The notes under the pieces were generated by a model that saw only the letters and a program-made list of their open reading frames with translations, was not told where the DNA came from and did not search any database. Below, in pieces: positions 51,850 through 61,230 of a DNA stretch of 64,000 bases; position 1 is the first letter of the stretch; each line of letters starts with the position of its first letter. The position numbers and the translations under genes are program-made. Origin of the DNA: a virus (taxonomy: Duplodnaviria > Caudoviricetes); the IMG/VR virus record IMGVR_UViG_2856153290_000001, positions 8,663 to 72,662 of that record; one strand, 5' to 3'.

Positions 51850-53388
51850 ATGCCTAAATCATCTCCAAGGCATCGGCGAGGCCTGCTCTCACGACTCGGC
51901 ATTGGTGCCAAGAAGTGGGAGAACGACCACCTCCCCGAGAGCCACGAAATCACGCCAGCCGACACCATGCTCTACGGTGCCGGCACGACGACGGTCGCGA
52001 GCCTCATGGCCTCGGGGACGCGTCAGGCTCGCACTCGCCAGGCCATCTACAACAAGTGGTCGCAGATGGAGTCCGACCCCATCGTGTCGTCGGCGGTCAA
52101 GCTGCTGGTGACGTCGGCCCTGGGCGGCCACGAGACCACGGGCGATATCGTCTTCATCGAGAAGCGGCCGGTAGCCGACGAGAACGACCAACTGGGCAAG
52201 CTGGTCGAGGACATCCGCGAAGACCTGTCAGGCATCCTGAACCGCGCCGCCTACCCCATGGCATACCTCGGGGGCGTGTTCGGCGACTCCTACGCCCGCA
52301 TCTACACCGATCAGCGCGGCGTCGTCGACCTGTACGTCGACGAGCTCGTCAGGCCGCCGCTGGTGCAGCCGTTCGACCGCGGCAGCCGCACGGTGGGCTT
52401 CGCCATCTATACCGGCGAGCGCAACTTCCAGCGCCTGGACACCACGCAGATGGCGCGCCTCAAGATGCCGCGCAGCCAGTGGGTGCCGCAGCATGGCGTA
52501 TTCGAGAAGTCGCTGAAGATCGCGCTCAGCACCGATGACGTCAACGAGCTGCCGCTAATGCCGGCCATGGCGGGCGGCTCGCTCATTTATCCGGCGGAAG
52601 ACGCCTACGACAACCTGGTATCCAGCCTGCTGGGCCTGGTCGGCCAGCGCTGGATGGATTCGATCGACGAGCAAATGCTCACCGTGAACCTCAACGACAT
52701 GTCGAAGGACATGCAGGAGAAGTTCATGGGCTCGATCACCGACATGCTCAAGCGCTCCAAGGAGATCGCCGAGGAAGCGGTCAAGGGTGGTCGGCCGATC
52801 ATGGAGCGCATTCGGCACGTGATCCCCACCTTCGGCGACAAGCAGCTGACCCGAGTCGAGGGGGGCGGCCAGTCCGGCCGCGCCGATCAGGTGAGCATCG
52901 AAGACGTCATGCTGCACGCCCGCCTGCTGTCCGGCGCCATCGGCGTCGACCTGTCGATGATCGGCTTCGCCGACCAGCTGTCGGGCGGCCTGGGGGAGGG
53001 CGGGTTCTTCCGCACCTCGGCGCAGGCGGCCGAGAGCGCGCGCGTGATTCGCGTCGCCCTGGCCGACGCCTTCAACCATGTCATCGACATGCACACCCTG
53101 AAGCGCTACGGCGTGGTGTTCCCGCCCAGCGAGCGGCCGTGGCGCATCAACTTCTATGGCTCGATATCCGCGCTCGAGGCCGAGCGTCAGCGCACGCTCA
53201 ACGACGGCATGGGCGTCGGCATCGGCCTGGCACAGGCCATTGCCGCCATGCGTGACATGGGGGCCAACAAGAAGATTCTCGAGGCCTTCCTGACCGACAC
53301 CATGCAGCTGGACGAGGAGCAGGCCAAGCTCTACGCCCAGCTCGCCGAGATGGGCAAGGATGACGGCAACGGCCAGGGGTGGCCATGA
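51850..53388 (+). CDS. prt: Portal protein, P1 Prt-like
   Basis: QMESDPIVSSAVKL and IGFADQLSGGLGEGGFFRTSAQAA. Confidence 0.88.
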   Translation: MPKSSPRHRRGLLSRLGIGAKKWENDHLPESHEITPADTMLYGAGTTTVASLMASGTRQARTRQAIYNKWSQMESDPIVSSAVKLLVTSALGGHETTGDIVFIEKRPVADENDQLGKLVEDIREDLSGILNRAAYPMAYLGGVFGDSYARIYTDQRGVVDLYVDELVRPPLVQPFDRGSRTVGFAIYTGERNFQRLDTTQMARLKMPRSQWVPQHGVFEKSLKIALSTDDVNELPLMPAMAGGSLIYPAEDAYDNLVSSLLGLVGQRWMDSIDEQMLTVNLNDMSKDMQEKFMGSITDMLKRSKEIAEEAVKGGRPIMERIRHVIPTFGDKQLTRVEGGGQSGRADQVSIEDVMLHARLLSGAIGVDLSMIGFADQLSGGLGEGGFFRTSAQAAESARVIRVALADAFNHVIDMHTLKRYGVVFPPSERPWRINFYGSISALEAERQRTLNDGMGVGIGLAQAIAAMRDMGANKKILEAFLTDTMQLDEEQAKLYAQLAEMGKDDGNGQGWP

Positions 53389-54284
53389 GCCTGTTCGACA
53401 AGCTTTCCGGCGCCGGGGCCAGCGGCAACGTCATCGGCAGTGCCGACGGCGCGATTCGCTCCGGGGCCAGCCAAATCGGCAGTCGAGTCGGCAACCTGGC
53501 GGGGGGCGGCCGGCTTGCCGGCGCCGTCTCGCAGGCCGGCGCCTCCATCGGCGCGCAGGCTGCCAGCCGGGCCATGCACAGCCATATCCCGCCTGGCATG
53601 CGCAACACCATCAATGCCGGCGCGCAGGCCGCCAGTCAGATCGCTGGCGGCGACATCGAGGGCGGAATCCTGACGGCGCTGGAAGCCGGGCTGGCCGGCG
53701 ACAGGCTGGGCAACCTGCTTGGCGGCCAGGCCAGCCAGGGGCGCTACTGGAGCGCGGCCAACATGCTGTATGGCGGCATCACGCCGTCGGAGGCCAAGCG
53801 CATCTATCAGGAAGCCGTCGACGCCCCGCGCGCCAAGAAGAACCTGTACCTGCTCAAGGTGCAGAGCGCGCTGGCCGGCGACTTCTCGCATGAGTTCAAC
53901 CTGTTCTGCACCGATATCGACCGCGGCCCGAGCGAGGTCTCCGGCGGCAAGGCGCGCGCCGGCAGCGCCCAGCTCGACACCCTGACGCAGGCCGAGCCCG
54001 TGGTCTTGCGCATGACCACCATGGACGACCGCTCCGGCACGCTGAAGCGCTGGTTTGAAGCTCACGTCGAGGCGACCGCCCATGCCGACGGCTCGTTCGG
54101 CGTGCCGGCCGAGTACGCCATCGTGATCAGCATCCAGCATGCCTTCGTGGGTGATATCGGCGCCTTCACCGGGCGCCTGCTGTGCCGCGCCATGAGCTAC
54201 GAGGTCGGGCTGTCGCGGCGTGAGGATGCCATGGAGGAGTTGCAGATGACGTTCACCCAGCTCGACACCTTCATGAGTCCGTAG
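53385..54284 (+). CDS. Baseplate tube-like protein, P1 PmgG-like
   Basis: Gly/Ala-rich N-terminus and a tube-fold C-terminus (FCTDI...MDDRSGTLKRWF...DGSFGVPAEY). Confidence 0.65.
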   Translation: MSLFDKLSGAGASGNVIGSADGAIRSGASQIGSRVGNLAGGGRLAGAVSQAGASIGAQAASRAMHSHIPPGMRNTINAGAQAASQIAGGDIEGGILTALEAGLAGDRLGNLLGGQASQGRYWSAANMLYGGITPSEAKRIYQEAVDAPRAKKNLYLLKVQSALAGDFSHEFNLFCTDIDRGPSEVSGGKARAGSAQLDTLTQAEPVVLRMTTMDDRSGTLKRWFEAHVEATAHADGSFGVPAEYAIVISIQHAFVGDIGAFTGRLLCRAMSYEVGLSRREDAMEELQMTFTQLDTFMSP

Positions 54285-54286
54285 CC

Positions 54287-57200
54287 ATGCTCAAGCACGA
54301 CAACCACGGCTTCCTGGTTGGCGAGCGCCTTGCCGCCGACGACATCACCGGCCGCCTGGATGCGATTCGCAACGAGGTCGCCGCCCTGCGCCGAGACATC
54401 GGCGGGAGCAACGCCAGCCCCGTGGCCAGGCCGCGGCAGGTCGAGCGAGTAGAGGCCGGCCCTGAGCATGCCGCCGGCAGCCCTTCGTCAGAGCCTGGCG
54501 CTGTCTCCAGCGAGGCGCGCCGCAACGAGGTCGTGATTCGCATCGACCGCCCGGCCGTGGCGGCGACGCCACCCGATCGCCAGGCGCCGGGGCGATACGT
54601 CTACCGCGCGGCGCAGGCCGCAGGCAGCGAGGGCGAAGCCTCGGCGGCTTCACCGTCGCGGCCGGCCAGCCAGGCCGAGCCCGGTCCCGCCACCTCTCAA
54701 CCGGTCGCGCGCGCGACGGCGCGACCGGCAACGCCCAGCCCTGGCGCCGGTCGCGATGCCGGCGGCCGGTTCGTGCGCCGCTCGGAGGCGGCCTCGCCCG
54801 GCGGGCGGCAGCGGGGCGACGGCAGCCCGCGCGACGACGATGAGGACGGCGGCCGGCTGTCGACAGCCATCGACGGCATGGGGCGACGCCTGGGCGACGC
54901 CCTGCAAGAGGTCGGTACCGGCACCGAAGAGGCTGACCCGGCGGTCAAGGCCTTCAACGAGGTCGCGCAGCCGCTGTCCCGCGGCTTCAGCAAGATCATG
55001 GGCGGCGACAGCGACCGCAATCAGGAGCGTTGGTACCGCCGCTTCTGGCGGATGATGCGGCGCAAGAATCGCGACGACGAACAAGAGGGCAAGCGACAGC
55101 GCCGCATCCTGAAGAACATCGAGCGCAAGCCGGTGAGCGACGGCGGCGGCTCCATGCTGTGGCGAGGCGTCCTGCTGCTGCTGGCCCCGATCACGGCCAT
55201 GCTGTCCCTGCTTGGCGCACTGCCCCTGGCGATAGCCGGCGCCCTGGCCTCGAGCCTCAAGTGGCTGCTGACCGCCATGGGCATGGGCAGCATGGCGCGC
55301 CGCATTCCGGTACCGGGCGCCGGGCGCCGAGCAGGCGGCCGGCACGCACCTCGAACGGCGGCACCACCCCCGGCTGCCGCGGCCGGGCAGGGCGGCAGGC
55401 AGAGCAGGGCGGCCGGTGCGGTACCGCCAGGCGCGGGGTCATCCCCCCCGGGGAGTGGCGGCCGCATAGGGGGCGCCTTGCGCCAGGGCGCCCGTCGCAT
55501 TCCGGGCATTGGCGCGCTGCTGGGCCTGGGCTTCATGGCCAGCGACGTGGCCGCCAGCGAGCGCAGCGACGCCAGCCGGGAAGAGAAGAACGTCACCACC
55601 GGCCGCGCCGTCGGTGGCGGCCTGGGCGGTATCGGCGGCATGGCTGGTGGCGCTGCTGCCGGCGCCGCGCTGGGCTCCGTCGTGCCGGTCATCGGTACCG
55701 CCGTGGGCGGCGTAGTGGGGGCCATTGCCGGCGGTTTCTTCGGCGGCAGTGCCGGCGAGGTGCTGGGCGAGAAGGCCGGGCAGTGGCTGAACCGTCTGCA
55801 GGACACGCCAATCATCCAAGGCATGTCCGACAGCTGGCACTACGCCGCCGACTTCACGTCCATCTTGTGGGGCGACGTCAGTGATGCCGTGGCGGAGAAA
55901 TGGGAGCAGGTGACCAACCGCTGGGAGTCGATTTCTTCCACGGTCCGAGAAGGCTGGGACAAGGCCGCCAGCGCTATCACCGAGCGCTGGAAGTCGGTGA
56001 CCGACGACATGAAGGCGCGTTGGCAGAGCGCTGTCGAGCTTGCCGCCAGGAGCTGGGAAGCGCTCACCAGTGCACTTGGAGGTGTCAACGACTGGATTCG
56101 AGATAAGACCGGTATCGATATTGGGCAGTCGGCCAGCGATGCCGCCAACTGGATCTCGGACACTGCTGTTTCATCCGCGCAGTGGACAGCCGACCGGGCA
56201 AGCGATGCAGCTGGCTGGATATCCGAAAGGGCCGGGCAGGCCGCTGATAGTGTCAGCGGTGCGGCCTCAACCGCCTGGGATGGCGTGAAGGATGCCGGAA
56301 GCTGGGTCGCCGACACGACAGGCCTGTCATCGGCTGCCGCCTGGCTGAGTGGTGCGGCTAGGGAAGCTGGCGAGCGCCGTGAAGAGCGCCGTAGCCGCGA
56401 CGAGCGTTGGCAGAGCGCCCGTGATGATCTGGTCGGGGCTTCTGTCCATGCCGGCGTTGATCCTGGGCTGGTGGCCCAGATTGCCTCGTTCGAAAGCGGG
56501 TTCAATTCCAATGCCGCGCCGATATCCAGCGATGCCAGTCGTAATAGGGTCCGTCAGCACGACGGCCGCATGGCCATGTCTTCCGCCCACGGCTACGGGC
56601 AGTTTATCGACGCCACTTGGACAGACGCCCTCAACCGCCATGGGGCCAAATACGGCATCGAGGGGGCGGGCAGCCTGTCGCCAGAGCAGGCCGCCGAGCT
56701 GCGCAGCAACCCGGCGATTCAGGCGGCAATGCTAGCCGAATTCACCCGAGAGAACGTCGAGAAGGGGCGCCGCCTGGGTGGCAGCGACGACGCGGCCAAT
56801 GCTTACGCCTTCCACAACCTTGGGGATGGCGACGCCTCCCGCCTGCTGAGCGGCATGCGAGAGGGGATGACTGTGCGTGAAGCCCTGACACAGGGGCTGG
56901 GAGAGCGCGGGCGGGCCCGTGTCGAGCAGGTCATTGCCAACAATCCCAGCCTGTACCGGGACGGCAATATCTCGGCCGCTGAGGCCTATGCCGCCATGGG
57001 CGAGCACATGCGGGCCGGGAACGCCTATGCCGCCGACGCCCGGCAGCGGGCCACCGTCATGCTGGCTCAAGGCAGCGAGCCCGCTGCGCCGGCATCACCA
57101 ACCGCGCCTGGCGTTGAGCCGACCGTCAGCACCGCACACCTGGCCCCGATGGGGCTGGCGGCCAACGGCCCGCCAGCCGGCGTTACGCCGCCGCCGGCCG

Positions 57201-57385
57201 CGCATGTCCCGGCGCCGAGCATGCCCCGAGTTGCCGAGGCGCCGACCGTCAGCGCGCCGCTGTCACCGCCGAGCTCTCACGATGGCGACCGTCGCCATGG
57301 CGGCCAGGGGCAGGACGTGTCGCGCGACGTCTCAGACCGGCGCATCGCCCACATCGTCACCGGCGCCTACAGCGGCATGAGCTGA
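54287..57385 (+). CDS. Tape measure protein with lytic transglycosylase domain (P1 Sit-like)
   Basis: TM/Gly-rich segments, ~11-aa Trp periodicity and SLT motifs IASFESGFN and SSAHGYGQFIDATW. Confidence 0.88.
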   Translation: MLKHDNHGFLVGERLAADDITGRLDAIRNEVAALRRDIGGSNASPVARPRQVERVEAGPEHAAGSPSSEPGAVSSEARRNEVVIRIDRPAVAATPPDRQAPGRYVYRAAQAAGSEGEASAASPSRPASQAEPGPATSQPVARATARPATPSPGAGRDAGGRFVRRSEAASPGGRQRGDGSPRDDDEDGGRLSTAIDGMGRRLGDALQEVGTGTEEADPAVKAFNEVAQPLSRGFSKIMGGDSDRNQERWYRRFWRMMRRKNRDDEQEGKRQRRILKNIERKPVSDGGGSMLWRGVLLLLAPITAMLSLLGALPLAIAGALASSLKWLLTAMGMGSMARRIPVPGAGRRAGGRHAPRTAAPPPAAAAGQGGRQSRAAGAVPPGAGSSPPGSGGRIGGALRQGARRIPGIGALLGLGFMASDVAASERSDASREEKNVTTGRAVGGGLGGIGGMAGGAAAGAALGSVVPVIGTAVGGVVGAIAGGFFGGSAGEVLGEKAGQWLNRLQDTPIIQGMSDSWHYAADFTSILWGDVSDAVAEKWEQVTNRWESISSTVREGWDKAASAITERWKSVTDDMKARWQSAVELAARSWEALTSALGGVNDWIRDKTGIDIGQSASDAANWISDTAVSSAQWTADRASDAAGWISERAGQAADSVSGAASTAWDGVKDAGSWVADTTGLSSAAAWLSGAAREAGERREERRSRDERWQSARDDLVGASVHAGVDPGLVAQIASFESGFNSNAAPISSDASRNRVRQHDGRMAMSSAHGYGQFIDATWTDALNRHGAKYGIEGAGSLSPEQAAELRSNPAIQAAMLAEFTRENVEKGRRLGGSDDAANAYAFHNLGDGDASRLLSGMREGMTVREALTQGLGERGRARVEQVIANNPSLYRDGNISAAEAYAAMGEHMRAGNAYAADARQRATVMLAQGSEPAAPASPTAPGVEPTVSTAHLAPMGLAANGPPAGVTPPPAAHVPAPSMPRVAEAPTVSAPLSPPSSHDGDRRHGGQGQDVSRDVSDRRIAHIVTGAYSGMS

Positions 57386-57387
57386 CC

Positions 57388-57428
57388 GGAAAACGCCAGG
57401 ATTGCAGGCCGGTTGTCCGGCATAGCAT
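57388..57428 (+). promoter_or_regulatory. Putative late promoter (GGAAAA-N29-TAGCAT)
   Basis: Conserved motif, with the ATG at 57435 six nt after the -10 box. Confidence 0.75.
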
Positions 57429-57434
57429 GGCGGC

Positions 57435-57734
57435 ATGACGACGATCACCGGCGATGACATTCAGGCAATGGTTCGGCACTGGCTGGAGACTCCGGTCAAC
57501 GGCTATCTGGGCTCCGACTACGGCGCCGACGCCAACCGCCTTCTACAGCGTGCCCAGCAAGACGGGCGCGCCGACCGCTTCGTGCGCAAGCTCAGGCGGG
57601 ACGTTGGCGTGCTGGAAGTGCTGCCCAGCAATGCTGTCGAGCTCTATGGCACGCCGGAGGGCGTCGACCGGCTGCGCCTCACCCTGGAGGTCGCAGGCCG
57701 CTCCTACGACCTCAGCGACTTCGGGGGCTCGTGA
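57435..57734 (+). CDS. Baseplate gp25-like protein (P1 PmgA-like)
   Basis: HWLETPVNGYLGSDYG, upstream of the wedge gene. Confidence 0.72.
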   Translation: MTTITGDDIQAMVRHWLETPVNGYLGSDYGADANRLLQRAQQDGRADRFVRKLRRDVGVLEVLPSNAVELYGTPEGVDRLRLTLEVAGRSYDLSDFGGS

Positions 57735-59233
57735 TGTACACGCGCGAAGACTTCCAGCAGGCCATTGACGACAGCGTGGCGCGCTACCCGGCGGTGGGCG
57801 CGCTGTACCGTGCCCGCGACCCGCGCATCCTTCAGCACCTGGACGCGATCGCCACCATGCTGGCCATGTACTCCCAGCAGCTCGAGGTGTCACTGGCCGA
57901 GCCGTTCGAGAAAGTGCGCGACGCCACGGTGCTGGCCGACGCCTCCATGCGCGGCCTGGTGCCGAAGGCCAAGCCGGCACAGGTCACGGTCAAGCTGCAT
58001 AACCCGACAGGCACGGCGTTCGCCGTCGCGCCAGGGCGCAGCATGCTGGATGCCACCGGCCGGCCGTTCCGTGTCGAGACGCCGGCAGAGGTCGGCCCGG
58101 GCGAGACGGCCACCTTTGAGGCCGTCCAGCTTCACGAGAGGGCGCGCGCGCACGTCGTGCAGGGGAGCCGCGCCTTCTATGCCGTCGAACTCGACATGGC
58201 CGATGACGATTCCTGGCTGTGTGGGCTGCACGTGACCGACGCGGACGGCGCCTTCGAGTACCGGGAGCGCTACACCAACACCCTGGCCGGCGAGCGCATC
58301 TATCACGTCGAGGCCGACGAGCGGCAGCGCGTCTACGTGCGCTTCGGGCAGTCCGGCGTGGTCGGCGTACAGCCGTCGGATGGCCGCCAGCTGACGATCA
58401 CCACCTACTACTCGCTGGGGCGTATCGACGACTTCCGCACTGGCTCCCCAATGGCGTTCGAGGCCATGCAGGATCCTGTCGAAGCGCAGCTCGAGATGAC
58501 CCTGGAAGTGGTGGCCAGCAATGGCGAGAACCCGCCGTCCATGCGCGCCCTGCGCGAGCTGGCCAAGTATCCCAGCGTCTACAACCACAACGCGGTCTTT
58601 CTGGGCGAGTTCGACTTCCTGGTGCGTCGGCACTTCCCGTCCCTGAGCTTCCTGTCGGTATGGAACGAGGGGGTAGAGGAGCGCCATCGCGGCATGAGCG
58701 TGGACAACATCAACGCCCTGTTCGTGGCCTGCCTGTCAGCCACGGGTGACGAGACGGTGCTGACCCAGCAGCCGGGGGAAGAGGTCGAGCCGCAGCTGAT
58801 AGATGACGAATCGCTGACCGCCACGCAGCTTGCCATCCGTGAGCGTATCCATGCCGCCGACGACAGCTACCGGGTGCGTTTCTATACCCCGATCCGGGCG
58901 CCGCTGGCGGTCGCCATCGATGCCACGGTGGCAACCAGCTACGACGAGAGCGTGGTTCGCGACCAGATCCGCCAGGTGATGCTCGATGAGTTCGGCGAGC
59001 AGGCCGACCAGTCGCGCCGCGGGCAGAGTGCACCGCTCTACCAGCAGGTCTACCAGCTGCTCCGCCAACGAGTGCCGGCGCTCAGCGTCGGCCGCGCCGA
59101 CCTGAAGGTCGCCATCGAAGACCCGGCAGGCGCTGCACGCCCCGAGCTGTGGCGCTATGTCTCGCCGGAGAGTCTTGATGTCAACGTGACGGTCGGCAAC
59201 GTCAACGTGCCGTTCTGGGGGTCGGGCCTGTGA
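57731..59233 (+). CDS. Baseplate wedge protein (BplA/J-like)
   Basis: ATVLADA, VYVRFGQSGVVGVQP and AVFLGEFDFLVR. Confidence 0.8.
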   Translation: MMYTREDFQQAIDDSVARYPAVGALYRARDPRILQHLDAIATMLAMYSQQLEVSLAEPFEKVRDATVLADASMRGLVPKAKPAQVTVKLHNPTGTAFAVAPGRSMLDATGRPFRVETPAEVGPGETATFEAVQLHERARAHVVQGSRAFYAVELDMADDDSWLCGLHVTDADGAFEYRERYTNTLAGERIYHVEADERQRVYVRFGQSGVVGVQPSDGRQLTITTYYSLGRIDDFRTGSPMAFEAMQDPVEAQLEMTLEVVASNGENPPSMRALRELAKYPSVYNHNAVFLGEFDFLVRRHFPSLSFLSVWNEGVEERHRGMSVDNINALFVACLSATGDETVLTQQPGEEVEPQLIDDESLTATQLAIRERIHAADDSYRVRFYTPIRAPLAVAIDATVATSYDESVVRDQIRQVMLDEFGEQADQSRRGQSAPLYQQVYQLLRQRVPALSVGRADLKVAIEDPAGAARPELWRYVSPESLDVNVTVGNVNVPFWGSGL

Positions 59234-60165
59234 GCGTGAGCGACTTCGACTTCCCGGGCGCCGAACTGCCGGCGATCAGCCCGCTTCGAGAGAGCTACGC
59301 CAATGGCCAGATCGAGGCCGAGCTCAAGGCGCTGTTCGGCGACCTGTTCGAGCGCGTGGCCCGCGACACCTTCGATGCCAGCGTGCTCGGCGCCCCGCAC
59401 CTGGGGAGCTTCGACCTAGTGCGTCGGACGGTCAATTACGACGGCCTGGTGCTGCTCCAGAACGCCAGGGAAGAGGCGGCAACCCGCTACCTGTATCGCG
59501 CGTGGAAGTCGGCCGACACACAGGGCCGAGGCCTGCATTTCCTGCGCACCTACTTGCAGCTGCTGTTTCCCGATCAAGCGACCGCCAATCAGTTGTGGCA
59601 CCGCAAGGACGAGGAGTATGGAGAGGGCTTCATCAGGCCCGATCCCGACGAGGAGCCGTCTCTTTCCCCGCATGAAGACGTCGACAACGCCTTCCTTACT
59701 TCCCGCGTTCAAGTGGCGCTGAACGCCGAGGGCGCGGTTCGATTTTCGGATTCCGGCTTCGTCGACCTGTCGAAGATATCCCAGATCATTGGGGATGTTG
59801 TGCCGGCGAGAATGGTCCCCGAGTACCAAATCTATTTCCGAAGCTTTTCCAGCATTTATTACGCCGCCACTGTCGTGTCAGGGGCCGCCACCGACGTTCG
59901 TCCCTATCGCATAAACGAACGCGAACAGGCCCATGCCGCCTATCACGCAGCTGCGACTCACACCGTGACATCGACCGAGCTGCGCCCGCCCATTGTCAGC
60001 GACATCGAGAGGCGAACGCCTGTCGTTAATGGCTGGGGTGTGCACGGCGTGGTGTCGACGGAAATTCGCCCGCCGGTGTCCGCGACAGTGGTTCAGAATG
60101 CAGGCCTTTTCCACGGTTGCGGCATTCATGGCGTAGTGCAGACAGCGGTTTACCCGCTTCAATAG
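59230..60165 (+). CDS. Baseplate wedge/fibre-attachment protein (gpI/P1 gp16 position)
   Basis: RGLHFLRTYLQLL and FLTSRVQV. Located between the wedge and fibre genes. Confidence 0.7.
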   Translation: MSVSDFDFPGAELPAISPLRESYANGQIEAELKALFGDLFERVARDTFDASVLGAPHLGSFDLVRRTVNYDGLVLLQNAREEAATRYLYRAWKSADTQGRGLHFLRTYLQLLFPDQATANQLWHRKDEEYGEGFIRPDPDEEPSLSPHEDVDNAFLTSRVQVALNAEGAVRFSDSGFVDLSKISQIIGDVVPARMVPEYQIYFRSFSSIYYAATVVSGAATDVRPYRINEREQAHAAYHAAATHTVTSTELRPPIVSDIERRTPVVNGWGVHGVVSTEIRPPVSATVVQNAGLFHGCGIHGVVQTAVYPLQ

Positions 60166-60177
60166 AGGATGGAGGCA

Positions 60178-60873
60178 ATGGCCGAGTACTACACGATCTT
60201 GACGGATATCGGGCGGGCGAAGCTGGCTGCTGCTCAAGCGGGCGGCGACCCGGTGCGCCTGGCAACAATCCACGCCGGTACCGGCGGTGGCGACAACTAC
60301 TACGACACCTATGGGCGCGAAGAGCTGGAGGCTCTGGACGCCCTGGTAGACGAGGTCTGGGACGACCCCATCAACCTGCTGAAGGTGGATGACAACAACC
60401 CTCATTGGGTCATTGCCGAGGGCGTTGTTCCGGCATCCGACGGCGGATGGATGATCCGCGAAGTCGGCCTCAAGGACATCGATGGCGACCTGATCGTGAT
60501 CGGGCGCTACCCGCCGACTTACAAACCCCTGCTCACTGACGGCGCTGCTCAGGACCTGAAGATTCGCGCCATCAGCGAGTGGAGCAATGCCGAGCTTGTG
60601 GAGATCGTCGTCGACCCGACGGTGGTGATGGCCTCACAGAGCTACGTGCACGAGTACACCGACCAGCGCGTCGGCGAGCTGCTCGAGGAAGAGGACCCTG
60701 AAAAGGCCCTCGCCTCGAAGGCTTACTCGGACACTGCCGCAGGGCAAGCCGAGACCGCGGCCAAGCAGCACACCGACGAGCGCATCGATCCAGTGGACCG
60801 GCAAACCGGCACGCCCTATCGGGTCGTGGTGGTGGACGGCGTGCTGTGTATCGAAGACATGACCGAGGAGTGA
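60178..60873 (+). CDS. Short tail fibre/collar protein (DUF3751-like N-terminus only)
   Basis: YYTILTDIGRAKLAAA, GGWMIREVGL and YPPTYKPLL. GGAGG before the ATG at 60178. Confidence 0.85.
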   Translation: MAEYYTILTDIGRAKLAAAQAGGDPVRLATIHAGTGGGDNYYDTYGREELEALDALVDEVWDDPINLLKVDDNNPHWVIAEGVVPASDGGWMIREVGLKDIDGDLIVIGRYPPTYKPLLTDGAAQDLKIRAISEWSNAELVEIVVDPTVVMASQSYVHEYTDQRVGELLEEEDPEKALASKAYSDTAAGQAETAAKQHTDERIDPVDRQTGTPYRVVVVDGVLCIEDMTEE

Positions 60874-60877
60874 TGAC

Positions 60878-61228
60878 ATGAGAGGGATTCCGCGCAACCA
60901 GCTCAAGACGCGGGCTGATTTCATGCTGCTGCAGGAGGCGGCGCTGGCCGGCGAGCTGCGCCCCTACGAAGTGGCCGACCTGCGCCGGCATTGGCAGGCG
61001 CTATTGGACGGCCGTTTCGCCTACGAGGTGGATCGCGTGCTAGATGAAGGCGAGGCGCCGGATGGCGAGGAGCCCGAGTATCGCGTGATGACCGACGAGG
61101 ACGAGGCCAGCGGTGAGGCGACCCGGACCCAATACCGGCTGGTCGAGACCGAATGCTCCCGGCTGGTCCGCCTGGGGTTCGAGGTCGAGGATGTTGAGGC
61201 GGCACTGGCGCAACTGGAGGGCAAGTAA
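60878..61228 (+). CDS. Hypothetical protein next to the DGR target
   Basis: GAGGAG RBS, 116 aa, acidic. Confidence 0.75.
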   Translation: MRGIPRNQLKTRADFMLLQEAALAGELRPYEVADLRRHWQALLDGRFAYEVDRVLDEGEAPDGEEPEYRVMTDEDEASGEATRTQYRLVETECSRLVRLGFEVEDVEAALAQLEGK

Positions 61229-61230
61229 TC

